From contig OX597816.1 of the NCBI GenBank assembly GCA_951406725.2, forward strand, positions 23,684,001-23,748,000: DNA of 64,000 bases. The letters run 5' to 3'. The notes under the pieces were generated by a model. That model ran no database searches. It was not told where the DNA came from and was given only the letters and a program-made list of their open reading frames with translations. Positions 40,214-54,994 of the stretch are shown in pieces; position 1 is the stretch's first letter; each line of letters starts with the position of its first letter. The position numbers and the translations under genes are program-made. Origin of the DNA: Octopus vulgaris. Taxonomy: Eukaryota.

Positions 40214-41284
40214 CATTATTATTATTATTATTATACGCGTCTTATATACTCCAAGCAAAACGCACCAGTGAAAAAAAAATTTTATTCTCATAATAACTTA
40301 ATAGTCACGTGATTGAATGATTATAACTGATTCCTGTCTGCTGAAAAGAAATAGAGTTTCGAGAAAAGGTAAATATAAAAAAAATATAAAAAAGACAAAA
40401 ACAAAAACTTAGAATTTTCTAATTTGCAAAAATTTTCATCTGCAAATCCAATTACATTTCACAAGTATTTTTATCCGTTTGCACGAACGCACCCCATCGC
40501 CCCACATATACATAAGCAAACACATGCACATACACGCATACAAACATACGTACATACATGCGCACATATACGCATACATATACATATATATATAGCTAAA
40601 TATGACTAGGGTTTCAGAACACCTACATTGCTAGAAATAAGAGCTAAAACCCACTGATGCTGTAGTTAAAGCACATACTTGTACGCATATGTACTGATAG
40701 GGAATCAGCCGAATCTCTCACTCAATAATAATAATAATGATGACGATGATGATGATGATAGGCGCAGGAGTGTGGTAAGTAGCTTGCTTACCAACCGCAT
40801 GGTTCCGGGTTTAGTCCCCCTGCGTGGCACCTTGGGCAAGTGTCTTCTACAATAGCTTCGGGCCGACCAAAGCCCTGTAAGTGGATTTGGTAGACGGAAA
40901 ATGAAAGAAGCTTATTGTATATATATGTGTGTGTGTATGTGTGTGTGTGTGTGTGTGAGTGTGTGTGTGAGTGTGTGTGTGTGTGTGTGCGTGCGAGCGT
41001 GTGTTTTTTTGTGTGTGTGTGTGTGTGAGTGTGTGTGTGCGTGTGTGTGTGTGTGTGTGTGCGTGTGTGCCTATGTGTGCGTGTGTTTGTGAAGTGTGTT
41101 TGTCCCCCCACCATCACCTGACAACCGATGTTGGTGTGTTTCCGTCCCCTTAACTTAGCGGTTCGGCAAAAGAGACGGATAGAATAAGTACTAGGCTTAC
41201 AAAGAATAAGTCCTCGGTGTCGATTTGCTCGACTAAAGGCGGTGCTTCAGTATGGCCGCGATCAAATGGCTGAAACATATAAAA

Positions 41285-41335
<51 letters not shown>

Positions 41336-41344
41336 TAATAATAA

Positions 41345-41899
41345 ATGCCCTGATGCAGTACCAGGCAGTGGCTCTCATGGCTTCTGATCTTAACTGATGG
41401 AAGTGTTATCATGTACATTGTTTTGTCTTGGTATAAAACATGGGCTACAGCAAATATTCTGCTCAATACCACAGATTTGCTTGTCAGTTGTTTGACCTTA
41501 ACCAGTTGAGCATGTCCCTTAGTGGCTGACGAAATGTGCATCTCTGATCACGAGCAGAAGTAGTGGGGGAGCATCATAGCCATGTGTTGAGAAGGATTCT
41601 TTGAGGTTTGAATAATTCACCTCTGGAAACATGGGTGTTTCGTTCAACGTCCTTAAACAACCCTTATTCAGGGACCTTTTGAGCGGGATGGGTTACTCGA
41701 TCTGAAGAAAATTCTAACTGGGCTCCACCTGCAAGGTCATGTGCTGTTTATCTTGATATGAGATCACCATGTCGCGCACATATGGTTGTGATGCATGTGC
41801 CTGGTGTACCCTTATCAGACGGATAGTCATGATGGGTATCCTGGGCTTCGTATATTTTACCCCAGTGTCACTTTGATGGCATGCTCTGCTCGCTCACTC

Positions 41900-41900
<1 letters not shown>
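41345..41900 (+). mobile_element. ~557-bp (TAA)n-flanked element, copy 3
   Basis: Near-identical to 13788-14344, with (TAA)n on both sides. Confidence 0.85.
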
Positions 41901-41970
<70 letters not shown>

Positions 41971-41990
41971 TAACATCAACAACAACAATT

Positions 41991-42048
<58 letters not shown>

Positions 42049-42089
42049 TAACATCAACAACAACAACAACAGCAATAATAATAATAATG

Positions 42090-42140
<51 letters not shown>

Positions 42141-42956
42141 TTCTCATTGGGAATAAAAATATTACCAGTTCTACAATTGAAATTTCACTTAGATAATGAC
42201 TTGGGATTTTATTTATGTATTCATATCTTTGTGTGCAATTCTTTGTTGTCGATTAAAATATAAAAATGGCGGAAATCTTAGTTGCATTATTGTTAAGTGC
42301 ACTGGCTGCACCGGTAGCTGCAAAGACATAACAACAACGTATACGATATGTGTATAAGAATATAATACAAGTAAGAATATAGACATTGCCTTCAACAATG
42401 GCATCAATGAAGAGAGGAAGCAATATCTTGTACGTACCTCATAAATATCACCATACACAGTGGCAATGACGTCATACACAACAACACCCATATATGCAAC
42501 ATCAACAGTATCGCTATCGCCATAGATAATTTCCAGGCGGCGAGCTGGCAGAAACGTAAGCACGCCGGGCAAAATGCTTAGCGGTATTTTCATCTGCCGC
42601 TACGTTCTGAGTTCAAAATCCGCCGAGGTCGACTTTGCCTTTCATCTTTTCGGGGTCGATAAATTAAGTACCAGTTACGAACTGGGGTCGATGTAATCGA
42701 CTTAATACCTATGTCTGTCATTGTTTGTTCCCTCTATGTTTAGCCCCTTATGGGTAATAAAGAAATAGGTATTTCATCTGCCGCTACGTTCTGAGTTCAA
42801 ATTCCGCCGAGGTCGACTTTGCCTTTCATCCTTTCGGAGTCGATAAATTAAGTACCAGTTACGCACTGGGGTCGATGTAATCGACTTAATCCGTTTGTTT
42901 CTCCTTGCTTGTCCCCTCTGTGTTTAGCTCCTTGTGGGCAATAAAGAAAGAAGAAG

Positions 42957-42988
<32 letters not shown>

Positions 42989-43940
42989 GAGGTAGAAGAA
43001 GAAGAAGAAGAAGAAGAAGAAGAAGAAGAAGAAGAAGAAGAAGAAGAAGAAGAACAACAACAACAACAACAACAACAACAACGGCAGCAGCAGTAGCGAT
43101 TTTTCGGGAACCCTTTTTCCCGCTATCTAGCACCATTGACGGTCATGAATATTTCTCAATTTCCTTTAAAGATGAAGAATAATTTTCTTTATATTTACAA
43201 AATACTGAAAAAAAAATCATCAAATATTATTTGATGGTTAGACGTCTGCTTTGCTGCAAAACTACGATCACGTCCACCGTATGGATTATTAAGTTTAAGT
43301 AGGGTTGCAAGATGGCAGACTAGTAGCGTCAAGTTTGCCTTTCATCCCTTTGGCGTCCATTTTTTTTTTCCTTCTTTCATTTCTTCAGTTAGCTTCAAAA
43401 GCCCCGTGAAAAGAAATCTCCGGGAATAATTCAATCAAAGGAACAAAGACAAGACATAAAAATAAATCAAGTTGTTGATTTATTAATGTTGTTGTTGCTG
43501 GTGTTGTTACTTTGATTGTTGTTGTTCTTGAGTATGTTCATATTGTTTATGTATTGCATGTTGTTATGTATATCGCCGTTGTTAGAGTTCCTGAAGCTGT
43601 GTGTATTATTTGATGTTCTTGATGTTGAAGTCAGGCGCATTGTTGATATTGATGTCGATGCAGTTGATGTAGTTGCGCTTGTTGTTGTTGTTGTTGTTGC
43701 AAATGTTGCTGTATGTGCTGTTGTGACGTTTACTGTCGTTGCTCCTGTGTTTGAATGTTGCTGTGCATGATGTTGACGTCGATGTGTGAATGCATGTATA
43801 TATGTATGTATATCTCCCCCCTCTCTCTGTATCTCTCTGTCTGTCTGTCTCTCTATCTGTCTGTCTGCCTGCCTGTCTGCCTGCCTGTCTCCCTGTCTGT
43901 CTCCCTGTCTGTCTCCCTGTCTGTCTCACTGTCTGTCTCC

Positions 43941-43972
<32 letters not shown>

Positions 43973-44005
43973 ATCCATCTATCTAACTTTCTGTCTATCT
44001 ATCTG

Positions 44006-44060
<55 letters not shown>

Positions 44061-44291
44061 GTCTGTCTGTCTGTCTGTCTGTCTGCCTGCCTGTCTGTCT
44101 GTCTCTGTATGTATGTATGTATGAATCTACAGCCATTTACACATATGCACACTCCACTATATATATATATATAAACTCGGAGTTATATCAGGGCTACCGA
44201 ATAATTGTCACATATTATATTTACAGATAAATTCCTCTATTTACACAATATCGAGGTCTCTTTCATTCTTTTGTTGTCTTACCATGTCTAT

Positions 44292-44331
<40 letters not shown>

Positions 44332-44335
44332 TTTT

Positions 44336-44669
<334 letters not shown>

Positions 44670-45120
44670 GTGATTCAGTGTCAGCTTGTCTCACTATTGT
44701 TTATTTTACATGTAAAACAATTCCTTATTCAAAGTTTCTATAATGGTCATAAATTTCATAGTCAGCTAAGAAGGATTTGACTACATTTATATCCGGAACC
44801 CTCACTGTCACCATACTCGACGGCTTATGTGGAAACGCTACTTGTTTTGACAAATCAAACAACCAACGTTCTATGAAGAACAAAAGCAACATAGATATTC
44901 CATGAAATTCCTCCAGAGAGTAATTAATTTTATTTGTTAATGAAATGTTTCTCTTCGTAAAATGTCTAATTTATAAGCCAAAGGTTAAATCAAGCAGACG
45001 ATTTCTGAAGAAAATGACTAAAATAGAGCCATACGTGATTACTACCAAATAGGAATCGGAAGAACTTCGTAGTAATGAAAAGAATATGTGAATTCTATAC
45101 AGCTTTTTTGTCATAATTCT

Positions 45121-45328
45121 ATACTTTAACCCTCGCCGTATCACGGTTCACCTATCGCGCATTCAATACATCGCTGATTCTTCTGGCTAATACAAGTAAA
45201 TTTATATCGCGGAATCCTTAGTATATTGCCGGCTTCTACGGTCGTTAGGTATTCATATTTTTTAGATTATAATTATTTCTGTGGGAGGTTCTGGAAAGTA
45301 ATACCGGCGATTGTCAGGGATTACTGTA
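45121..45328 (+). mobile_element. Tigger/pogo-like MITE
   Basis: Ends TACTTTAACCCTCGCCGTATC and GATTGTCAGGGATTACTGTA. A better-preserved end lies in reverse at 62500-62553, and a paralogous empty site is near 46230. Confidence 0.65.
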
Positions 45329-45791
45329 ATTTCAAATTCAAATTTATTATCCCGTCTCATGTTGTGAGGGGATGGTCAGCCCCTTTCTGTTATTGACCAT
45401 CAGAGAGGGAACCACATATGCCTGAAAACATTCTAGCTGAGGTTTCACAAGAATCCACTTTAAACTTTTGACAATGGTCGCGGTGCGTATGTTTATCAAT
45501 AGATTTCGATCGATTACCTATCGGAAATAGCAGCTTGAAATGATTGTCTACACCTGAAAGAATATATCGAAAACCGCTTGGGAAACTGACTGTAATTAAT
45601 GATAAAATTATTGGCTGCGTTCAGAAATTTTCACTAGATAGGATTTCCATGGAAACGGCTATTATTCTATACGTAAGCACATAAGTACGGGAACGAAATT
45701 TGCTTAGAAGGACCAAATTTTTCTTTTTTTTTTTACAGACAAGGTCGATTTTGTTTTTCAATCTTAACGAAAAAACAAACACAGGTATTAC

Positions 45792-45852
<61 letters not shown>

Positions 45853-45854
<2 letters not shown>

Positions 45855-46046
45855 GAGAATAGGAAGCCAGACGTAGTCTTAATTGAGAAAGAAAACAAAC
45901 TATGCTGGATCATAGATATAGCATGCCCAGCTGACAACAAGGTATGCGATAATGATGGAAGAAAAGTCGAGAGATAAGACAGGTTACCTTGAGAAATTAA
46001 ACAGTTGTGGTCGATGAAAAAGGTAGCAGTAGTACCAATAATTGTC
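45853..46046 (+). pseudogene. R4/Dong-like restriction-like endonuclease fragment following (TAA)n
   Basis: NRKPDVVLIEKENKLCWIIDIACPADNKV...KVER*DRLP*EIKQLWSMKKVAVVPIIV shows the PD...D RLE signature. Confidence 0.8.
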
Positions 46047-46932
46047 TTTAATTTTAAAGAAATGTCTCACTTCGTAAAATGCCTAATTGGTGATTCATGC
46101 TAATGATTTCTAAAAAGAATGAAATAGCGCTCTACATGATTAACACCAGCTACAAATTGTAAGAATTTCGTAATAATTAAGCAAAAAAAACTAGATGCAT
46201 AAGTTCTATGCAGCTTTCTCGTTGTAATTCCTTAATTTTAAATTCAAATTTCCAATCTCGTTTCCCGTTATAATTGTGTAATTATCTCCCTTGTATTAGG
46301 GAATCACGTGTATTCAAGAAATAATTGTTCCCCAATTAACATTAAATCGTAGAGACTGTCATTCAACCGGAAGTTTGTGCAGATCTGAATTATTTTGTCT
46401 GGAAGTGATATCACTGCATATTAACGTGTATTATTTATTTTTTTTTTGTTTTTATTTGTTTTTATTTTTGTTCCCCCTATTCTGTTCACATTTTGTATTC
46501 TTTTCTGTGTATTTTACATTGACTCTTTTGACTCTTCATCGTCGAATTAATGTTAAGATCATCAGTGTTCAATTTTAATTTTTTTTTTTTTACTAATTAA
46601 TTATAAATTTAATTTTAATTAAGTGAAATCTTATTCACTTTATATAGATACTGTCTCTTTGGGTTGAAATACGTCTTAACAGTGTATTACTGTAGGATCG
46701 AAAGTTCAAATTCTATTTTTTAAAGAATTTTTGTGAATATTAAGATTAATATTTTCCATTTTATGGTTCGAGTTAATCAAGTTGTCAATTGCTGTTTGCA
46801 AATTTTAATTCAAATTTTAATTCGAATCGTTTTGATTTGGTTCAACTCTATAGCGAAAACGAAAATTAGCAAATATAAACACTTACATCCCCTCTTAGTT
46901 CACTAATCTCTTTCGTATCCTTCAACTCCCCT

Positions 46933-47319
46933 CTCACGTCATCTGTCCCTTAACTTCACCCCTGCTTTCACCCTCTTTTTCTCTTGTTATTTCCTTCTAC
47001 CACTATCACCTAGTTTCTCACTCATCCTCCTTCCTGATCACCTATGAAGCTCCCGTAGTTCCCTGTTTCATATCACTTGCAGCTAGTTTTTCTTAGATAC
47101 AAATTTTGTTGTGTCTCTTTAATCTCACCTCATATGTCCCTTAACCTCACTCCTGCTTTGACCCTCTTTTTCTCTTGTTATTTCCTTCTACCACCATCAC
47201 CCAGTTTCTCACTCCTCCTTCTTCTTGTTCACCTATGAAGCTCCCGTAGTTCCCTGTTTCATATCACTTGCAGCTACTTTTTCTTAGATGCAAATTTTGT
47301 TGTGTCCCTTTAATCTCTC
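46933..47319. repeat. Tandem duplication with a ~191-bp unit
   Basis: Units start at 46933 and 47124 and share CACCTATGAAGCTCCCGTAGTTCCCTGTTTCATATCACTTGCAGCTA. Confidence 0.9.
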
Positions 47320-50300
47320 CTTCTGTCAACTTTTCTTTGAAGTAAGACTTTGTCCACAACGCTGGATTTTCCATTCTCCATAACTAGTTCACCGTACCCT
47401 TTTTGTCTATTTTACCAAATATTATACGTCTTGTGAAGGCACATGGTCTAGTGGTTAGAGCAGCGGATTCGCGGTCGAAGGATCGCAGAATCGAATCTCA
47501 GACCGGGCGATGTCTGTGTTTATGAGCGAAACACCTAAGCTGCACATGACTCTGGCAGAAGGTAATGGCGAATTTCTGCTGACTCTTTCGCCACAATTTT
47601 CTCTCATTCTTTCCTCCTGCATCTTATAGATCACCTGCGACGGACCGGCGTCCCGTCCTGGTGGGGAACCTATACGCCAAGGAAACCGGGAAACCGGCCT
47701 TATGAGCCAGGCATGGCTCGAGAAGGAACAAACAAAACAAATTATATATCTTGCCATCGCAGAGCAGTCTCAATATTTTGGAGTCTGTTTAGGAAATCTT
47801 TGCCAATCCTTTTCAGTTGTATTTGTATTATTTGCCCTCGCCAATCATATCCAACAACCACACCACCACACAAAAAAGATTAACTATCTCTGTTCAAATT
47901 TTTCTGTAGTCAAATTTATCTTTCATACTTCCAGGGGCCTACAGATAAAGTAACAAACGAGCACCTTTTCTCAAACTTAGTGACCGAATGCCAATTTTAG
48001 AAATCAATTAATGCGAAAGAGAAAAAATATTTGAACTATCGATATATATGAACAAGGACAAAAATCAATTTTGTATTTTGCATAACTAGGTACAAGAATG
48101 GCTGTGTGGTTAAAAAGCTCTGTGCAACAACAAGATACAATTGATATGATATAAAAAGCATCTTCTTGAGTAGTTTCGGTGATACCAGATCAGAAACCTT
48201 CACAGACCGTCAAACAAACGAATTCTATGTAGTAAAACAGTGGTACCTAATTTTTCGGTAACTGGACAAAATTTGAGACAAGTGAATAATGACATAGGTG
48301 TGGGAAATTGGGAGAGAGAAGCAAACTGAAAAAGGATAGATATTTCGTATTTCGTTTTTCGTTTCATATATTTTTATATTTGCTAAAATGTATTGCTTTT
48401 GTAAGATAAAATCAAGTCGAAAACATTTGAATCACTTTGGTTACTGAATTGAGAATTGCAAACCGTCAGAGTAAATATGATAATTAATTTAAGATTTCTG
48501 ACTTCATATTATTTTATAAATTAATTTGAATTTATAGACGTTTATCAAGAAAATCTCATAAATTATTCTATTGCTTCTGAGTATGTTTGTTATATGTCTG
48601 TCTGTGTTCGTTCATATGTATGTATACGTCTGTGTATGTATGAATGAATGCATGTGTATCTTTATGTATGTATATGAACGTATGTAAGACTGTGTGTATG
48701 CACGTATATATATGTGCATGCATGTATGTATATGTGTATGGGTGTATATATATATATATATATACATATATGTATGAATTATGTGTCGATGAATATATGT
48801 ATGTTGATGAATGTATGGGTTTATGTATGTGTGTATGTATGCATGTGTATTTATATGTATGTATTCATGTATTCGTGTATGCAAGTATCAGTGTATGCAA
48901 ATATGTGTATATGGATGGATGGAAATGTGTATATATGTGTATGTTTGTGTATATGCGAAAGTGTTCTTATCATCGTGTGTACACGTGTTGTATATCTCTC
49001 CCACGTTAGCTATAAGGATGAAGCACATGCGTAGACATAACTACGTGTATGTGTACGATCAATACCCATGTACATGTTATAAATATGTGTGTGTGTGTGT
49101 GTGTGTGTATAAAAAGGTACATATAGATGCATATATGTGTACATATATTTGTATATGTGTGTAGTGTGCATAAATCTGTTTGGATTAAGCTGTAGATGCG
49201 TGTATAATGCTTAGATATATGAGCACCGTGTGCTCAGTTATATACACACATATATGGATGTTTTAGCGTGTGTGCATGTGTGTATATATGTGTGAGTGTC
49301 GCTTGACGTATGCTATATTTTTTTCTATATAACGCTTACTCACAAGTTTCTCTTTCACTTTCTTCCCTTCTTTTTCTTCCTCTTCCTCCTCCTCCACTAC
49401 TACTACTACAACTACAACTACTACTACTACTACCACTTCTCGAAATATCTTTTCGTTTCTATCTTTTTCTATCTTTTCTTCATAAAAATCATAGATTGGA
49501 GACGTGATGTGTCTCCAATACAAAGGAAGAATTAACATCTTTGTAGTAACACTTGATAATTATCTGCTCCTTAAATCATCATTTTTTTTTTTAAATATAA
49601 AAAATTAAAAAGATAAAATTATTATTGTTGTTGTTTATTTGGTGGCTGAATCGCTAGAACGTCAGAAGAAATATATTATTGCATTTGCTTCGACTCATTA
49701 CGTTCTGAGTTCAAATCCCGCCGAAATCAACTTTGCCTTTTATTTTTTTTCGGTATCGATAAAATAAGCACCATTTGCCCCCTGGTCTAGTTCTAATCAA
49801 TTAATCCCCTCCAAAAAACTTTTAGGTCTTGTGTCTATGGTTTGTTTTGTTTGTTCCTTTTCGAGCCATACCTGGCTCATAAGGGCCGGTTTCCCGGTTT
49901 CCTTGGCGTATAGGTTCCCCACCTGAACGGGACGCCGGTCCGTCATAGGTGAGCTGCAAGATGCAGGAGGAAAGAGTGAGAGAAAGAGTCAGCAGAAGTT
50001 TGCTATTACCTTCTGCCGGAGCCACGTGGAGCTTAAGTTTTTCGCGCATAAACACACTCATCGCCCGGTCTGAGATTCGAACCCGCGATCGCTCGACCGC
50101 GAGTCCACTACTCTAACTGTGCATCCACTGTGTCTATGGTAAAAAAGAAATATTGCTGCTATTCTTGTTGTCCTTGCCCTTGTTGTCTTCTTCTTCTTCT
50201 TCTTCTTCTTCTTCTACTTCTTCTTCTTCCAATCAGGACTCACGCCAAAGAACAATCTCTAATTCGAGCCTACTGTAAGCTACTAAGAATGCGTGTGGCA

Positions 50301-51483
50301 ACTTGAAGATCCACCCACCAGACGTGATAGACTGACGGTTGCACGGGCGCGAACGCTACGTTGTTATCCTCATTCCGTAAACGGTGGATTTTAATGGGTG
50401 GAGAGCTGAATCATTCTGGGGTACAGAGGATTCGCAATCTAGACTAAGGTCTGAAAGTTTACCACACCATCGTGGGTTACACCATGGTTCCTCTGCTTTG
50501 TGGCAGAAATTGGAAGAAAGAGTTAGAGAAAGTTGTGGTGAAGGAGTACAGCGGGGTTCACCACCCTCCCCCGCGGGAGCTTCGTGGAGCCTAGCTGTTT
50601 TTATTGTCTTTATTGCCTAGCTGTTTTTAGCTGTCTTTATTGCCCGCAAGGAGCTGAATATAGAGGGACAAACGGATCAAGTCGATTACATCGACCCCAG
50701 TGCGTAACTGGCACTTAATTTATCGACCTCGAAAGGATCAAAGTCAGCCTCGGCGGAATTTGAACTCAGAACGTAACGGCAGACGAAATGCCTATTTCTA
50801 TTTCTTTACTACCCATAAGGGGCTAAACACAGAGAAGACAAACAAGGACAGACAAACGGATTAAGTAGATTATATCGCCCCCAGTGCGTAACTGGTACTT
50901 ATTTAATCGACCCCGAAAAGATAAAAGGCAAAGTCGACCTCGGTGGAATTTGAACTCAGAACGTAACGGCAGACGAAATATCGCTAAGCATTTCGCCCGG
51001 CGTGCTAACGCTTCTGCCAGCTCGCCGCCTTTAAAAGAATGAAAGCTGTGGCAAAATAGTCATCAGAAGCTCGCCATTGCCTTCTGTCGCAGCCGCGTGG
51101 AGCGAAATCGCGCTCTTACGACCGCGAGTCCGCTGCCCTAACCACTGGGCCATTGCGCCTCCACCCTTGTTATCTTTGCTTTTGTGCCAATAGTGTTCGC
51201 TTTCACTAAACGGTTATTTATTTTATCTAAAATACATCTATAGATTCTGCTGTATCTCGAGTGCATCGGTCTACCAATAATAAGCACACGTAATGGTTCT
51301 GTTTCATTTTTGTTTTTTTTTTATTATCAGTCAATTAGTTAACTATTTGACCAATTAATTAATCGGTTGCTGATGAGGTCGCAAATGGCGAAGGAAGGAC
51401 TTTGGCAAAATTGATCAACCGAATGATTAATCAAACGATCGATTAATGAATTGGTTAAATGGCTAACTAATCGACTAATAATG

Positions 51484-51535
<52 letters not shown>

Positions 51536-51656
51536 TGAAAAAGTGAAATAAAACAAGTGCGCGTGATTTTATTGGGAAAATGACCCTCCCAAGGTACAAC
51601 AAAATGTGCTTCAACACAAGTTCGCATCAAGAATTTGGAAGATCAAATACAAAAAA

Positions 51657-51716
<60 letters not shown>

Positions 51717-52742
51717 CAGCAGCAATAATAATATGAACATACTTTAAGAAACCTGATACTAAATACGAATATTTCCACTCACCACTCAAAGAAAAAACAC
51801 ATTTGCTTCAACACAAATTCGCATCAAGAATTTGGGAAACCAAATATAAAGAACAAAATTACTCATTTGAAAACAAGAGGTAAGGTTCGGGGAGCCTAGA
51901 CCGCAACCCAGTTTCGATCCTCAGTTAATAAAAACTAACACTACTATATTTTACGAAAAGTGATGAATACTCTGACTTTTGAAAAAAAAAAAAAGAGACT
52001 TTTTAGCCTTAAGAGGTTAAATTTCTCCGACGCTTATTTCACAACAAAATGCTATCTTCCGGTTTGAACGAGTATCATTGAGTCAATACTCTTGGCAGAT
52101 TCAGTACTAATTCCAGTAATCACTGATAAAGGATGGATTTAACTGTCTCAGCATTCTATTTCCTTCTATCTTATATCAGAAAATTATTTGAGCACAGACG
52201 CCGCCATCATCTTTACGGAAAAAAAAATGATTCCCTATCATGATGAGAAAATGGACAGAGATACCGAAATATCAATTGAAATGAAATGATACTAAAACGT
52301 TCTATTGATCAATTCGATTTACGATGAATATAAAAATTTTGTTCGCGAAATTGATATACATACATATGTGTGTACGTAGACGTATGTGTGTGTTATGTAT
52401 ATACATATGTCTGTATGTGTCAGTATGTATGCATGTATGTATGTATGTATGTATGTATGTATGTATGTATGTATGTACGTGTGTATGTATGTATGTATGT
52501 ATGTATGTATGTATGTATGTCAGTGTGTGTATGTATAAAACAACACTCGCGCACACACATATACACGCACGCATATATATGTACATTTATATGCATAAAG
52601 ATATGTAAATATACATATGTATTTATATATATGTATGTATGTGCACGTGTAAATATATACATATATATGTATATATATACGCATTTACATATATATCATA
52701 TATATGTATATACATATATATGTATATATATATATACATATA

Positions 52743-52774
<32 letters not shown>

Positions 52775-52787
52775 GATATAGATATAC

Positions 52788-52837
<50 letters not shown>

Positions 52838-52927
52838 CTACACATGCATATAAATGTACATATATATGCTTGCGAGTATATGTGTGCGCGAGTGTTGTTT
52901 TTATACAAACACACACATATGCATGTG

Positions 52928-52980
<53 letters not shown>

Positions 52981-54994
52981 TATTTTTCGTATTTTTATAC
53001 GATTCTACGTTTATCGATTCTAGCCAATGGCCTGTTGCCATGCTGATATCCGCCATATTTCCAGTGTGGTTTTTGTTTTTCTTAACTACTTGATATCATA
53101 TCTATTGATTTCCATAACTCTTACATTTCGCCTTATTTTTTATTTTACTTTTTATATATTTACATATCTATTTCTTCGCAAGTTAAAATATTTTTTGAAG
53201 GAGCGGAGAAGAGCGGATCAAGAGATACAGATAATTTCATTAAGGAACTGATCATTCTAACAGTATTAATTTTATGTAACTAACACAAAGGCAGCGAGCT
53301 GGCAGAAACGTTAGCACGCCAAGCGAAATGCTTAGCTGCGTTCTGAGTTCAAATTCTGCCGAAGTCGACTTTGCCTTTCATCCTTTCGGGGTCAATAAAT
53401 TAAGTATCATGTGTACTGGCATCGATGTAATCGACTGACCCCTTCCCCAACAATTTCGGGCCTTGTTCCTATTAAAGAAATAGGTAGTAAAGAGATAGGT
53501 ATTTCGTCTGTTGCTACGTTCTGAGTTCAAATTCCGCCGAGGTTGACTTTGCCTTTCATCCTTTCGGGATCGATAAATCAAATACTAGTTCAGTACTTGG
53601 GTCAATCTAATTGACTGGCCCCTTCCCCAACAATTTCGGGCCTTGTTCCAAGTAAAGAAATAGGTAGTAAAGAAATAGGTATTTCGTCTGCTGCTACGTT
53701 CTGAGTTCAAATTCCACCGAGGTCGACTTTGTCTTTCATACTTTCGGGGTCGATAAATTAAATACCAGTTCAGTACTGGGGTCAATCTAATCGACTTGCC
53801 CATTCCCCAAAATTTCGGGCCTTGTGCCTAGACTAGAAATGAATATATTAAGATTGAAATTTACATAGATGGTTTAAGAGAAGATTGAGTACCAGGAAGC
53901 AAAGATGGTTAAAAATATAGATGCATAGAGGGAGGTGTAGATTCATTACTAGATGGACATGCATATACACACTCAAAAAACATATAATAGATATGTACAT
54001 ATGTGTGTGTTTGGGTATATGTATGAATGTGCATATGTATGTATTTATGTGCATGTATGTATTTATATATATGTATGATTATAAATTACATTTAAATATA
54101 TAAATAAGAGGAAAACATATGTATGTATGCACGTACGTATATTGATATACATGTATGTATGCATGTATGCAACTATGTATTTACGCATACATGTATGTAT
54201 GTATGTATGTATGTATGAATGTATGTATGTATGTACAAGATATACACATATCTTTTATATTTTGCTTGCTTCAGGGATTTGTATGCGGCCATGCTGTGGC
54301 GCCGCCTTCAATAATTTTTAGTCGAACTAATCGATTTCAGTAGATTTTGTAAAGCCTGGTATTAATTCTACCGACCTCTTTCACCACACAGCTATATTAC
54401 GGGAACGTCAACAAAGCAACATGGGTTGTGAAGCTGCGGTGAAGGACGAACACAGAAACAAAGGCATACATACACATATAAACACACACATATACACACA
54501 CACGTACATATATATATTCTTGTGTGTATGTGTATGTATGTATGTATGTATGTATGTATGTATGTATGTATGTATGCATGCATGCATGTATTTATGTATG
54601 TATGTATGTATGCATGTATGTATGTATGTATGCATGTGTGTATATATGTATGTATGTATGTATGTATTCATGTGTGTATGTATGTATGTATGTATGTATG
54701 TATGTATGTATGTATGTATGTATTAGTGAGTAGACAAACGGAGGAAAATTGAACTGAACACATTTGGAAGGAGTTCTAAGAGCTGGACTCATGTTAGGAG
54801 CATCTAAGATATCCTACGAACACAGTAAACTTAAAGTGATGCGGAACAGTCAAACTAATAGCCACGTAAAGGCACCTTTATATATACTGACAGGGTAGAT
54901 AACTGCCCCATGAGCGAAACAAAGTTAAAACACTGGACTGCACAGTTTCATCCTCCATGCACATAACATTCACACACACACACACACACATAGT

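Noticed and set aside
51369-51400. CTGATGA as a hammerhead core or C/D snoRNA box C
   Set aside because: There is no GAAA after the stem and no terminal stem with box D.
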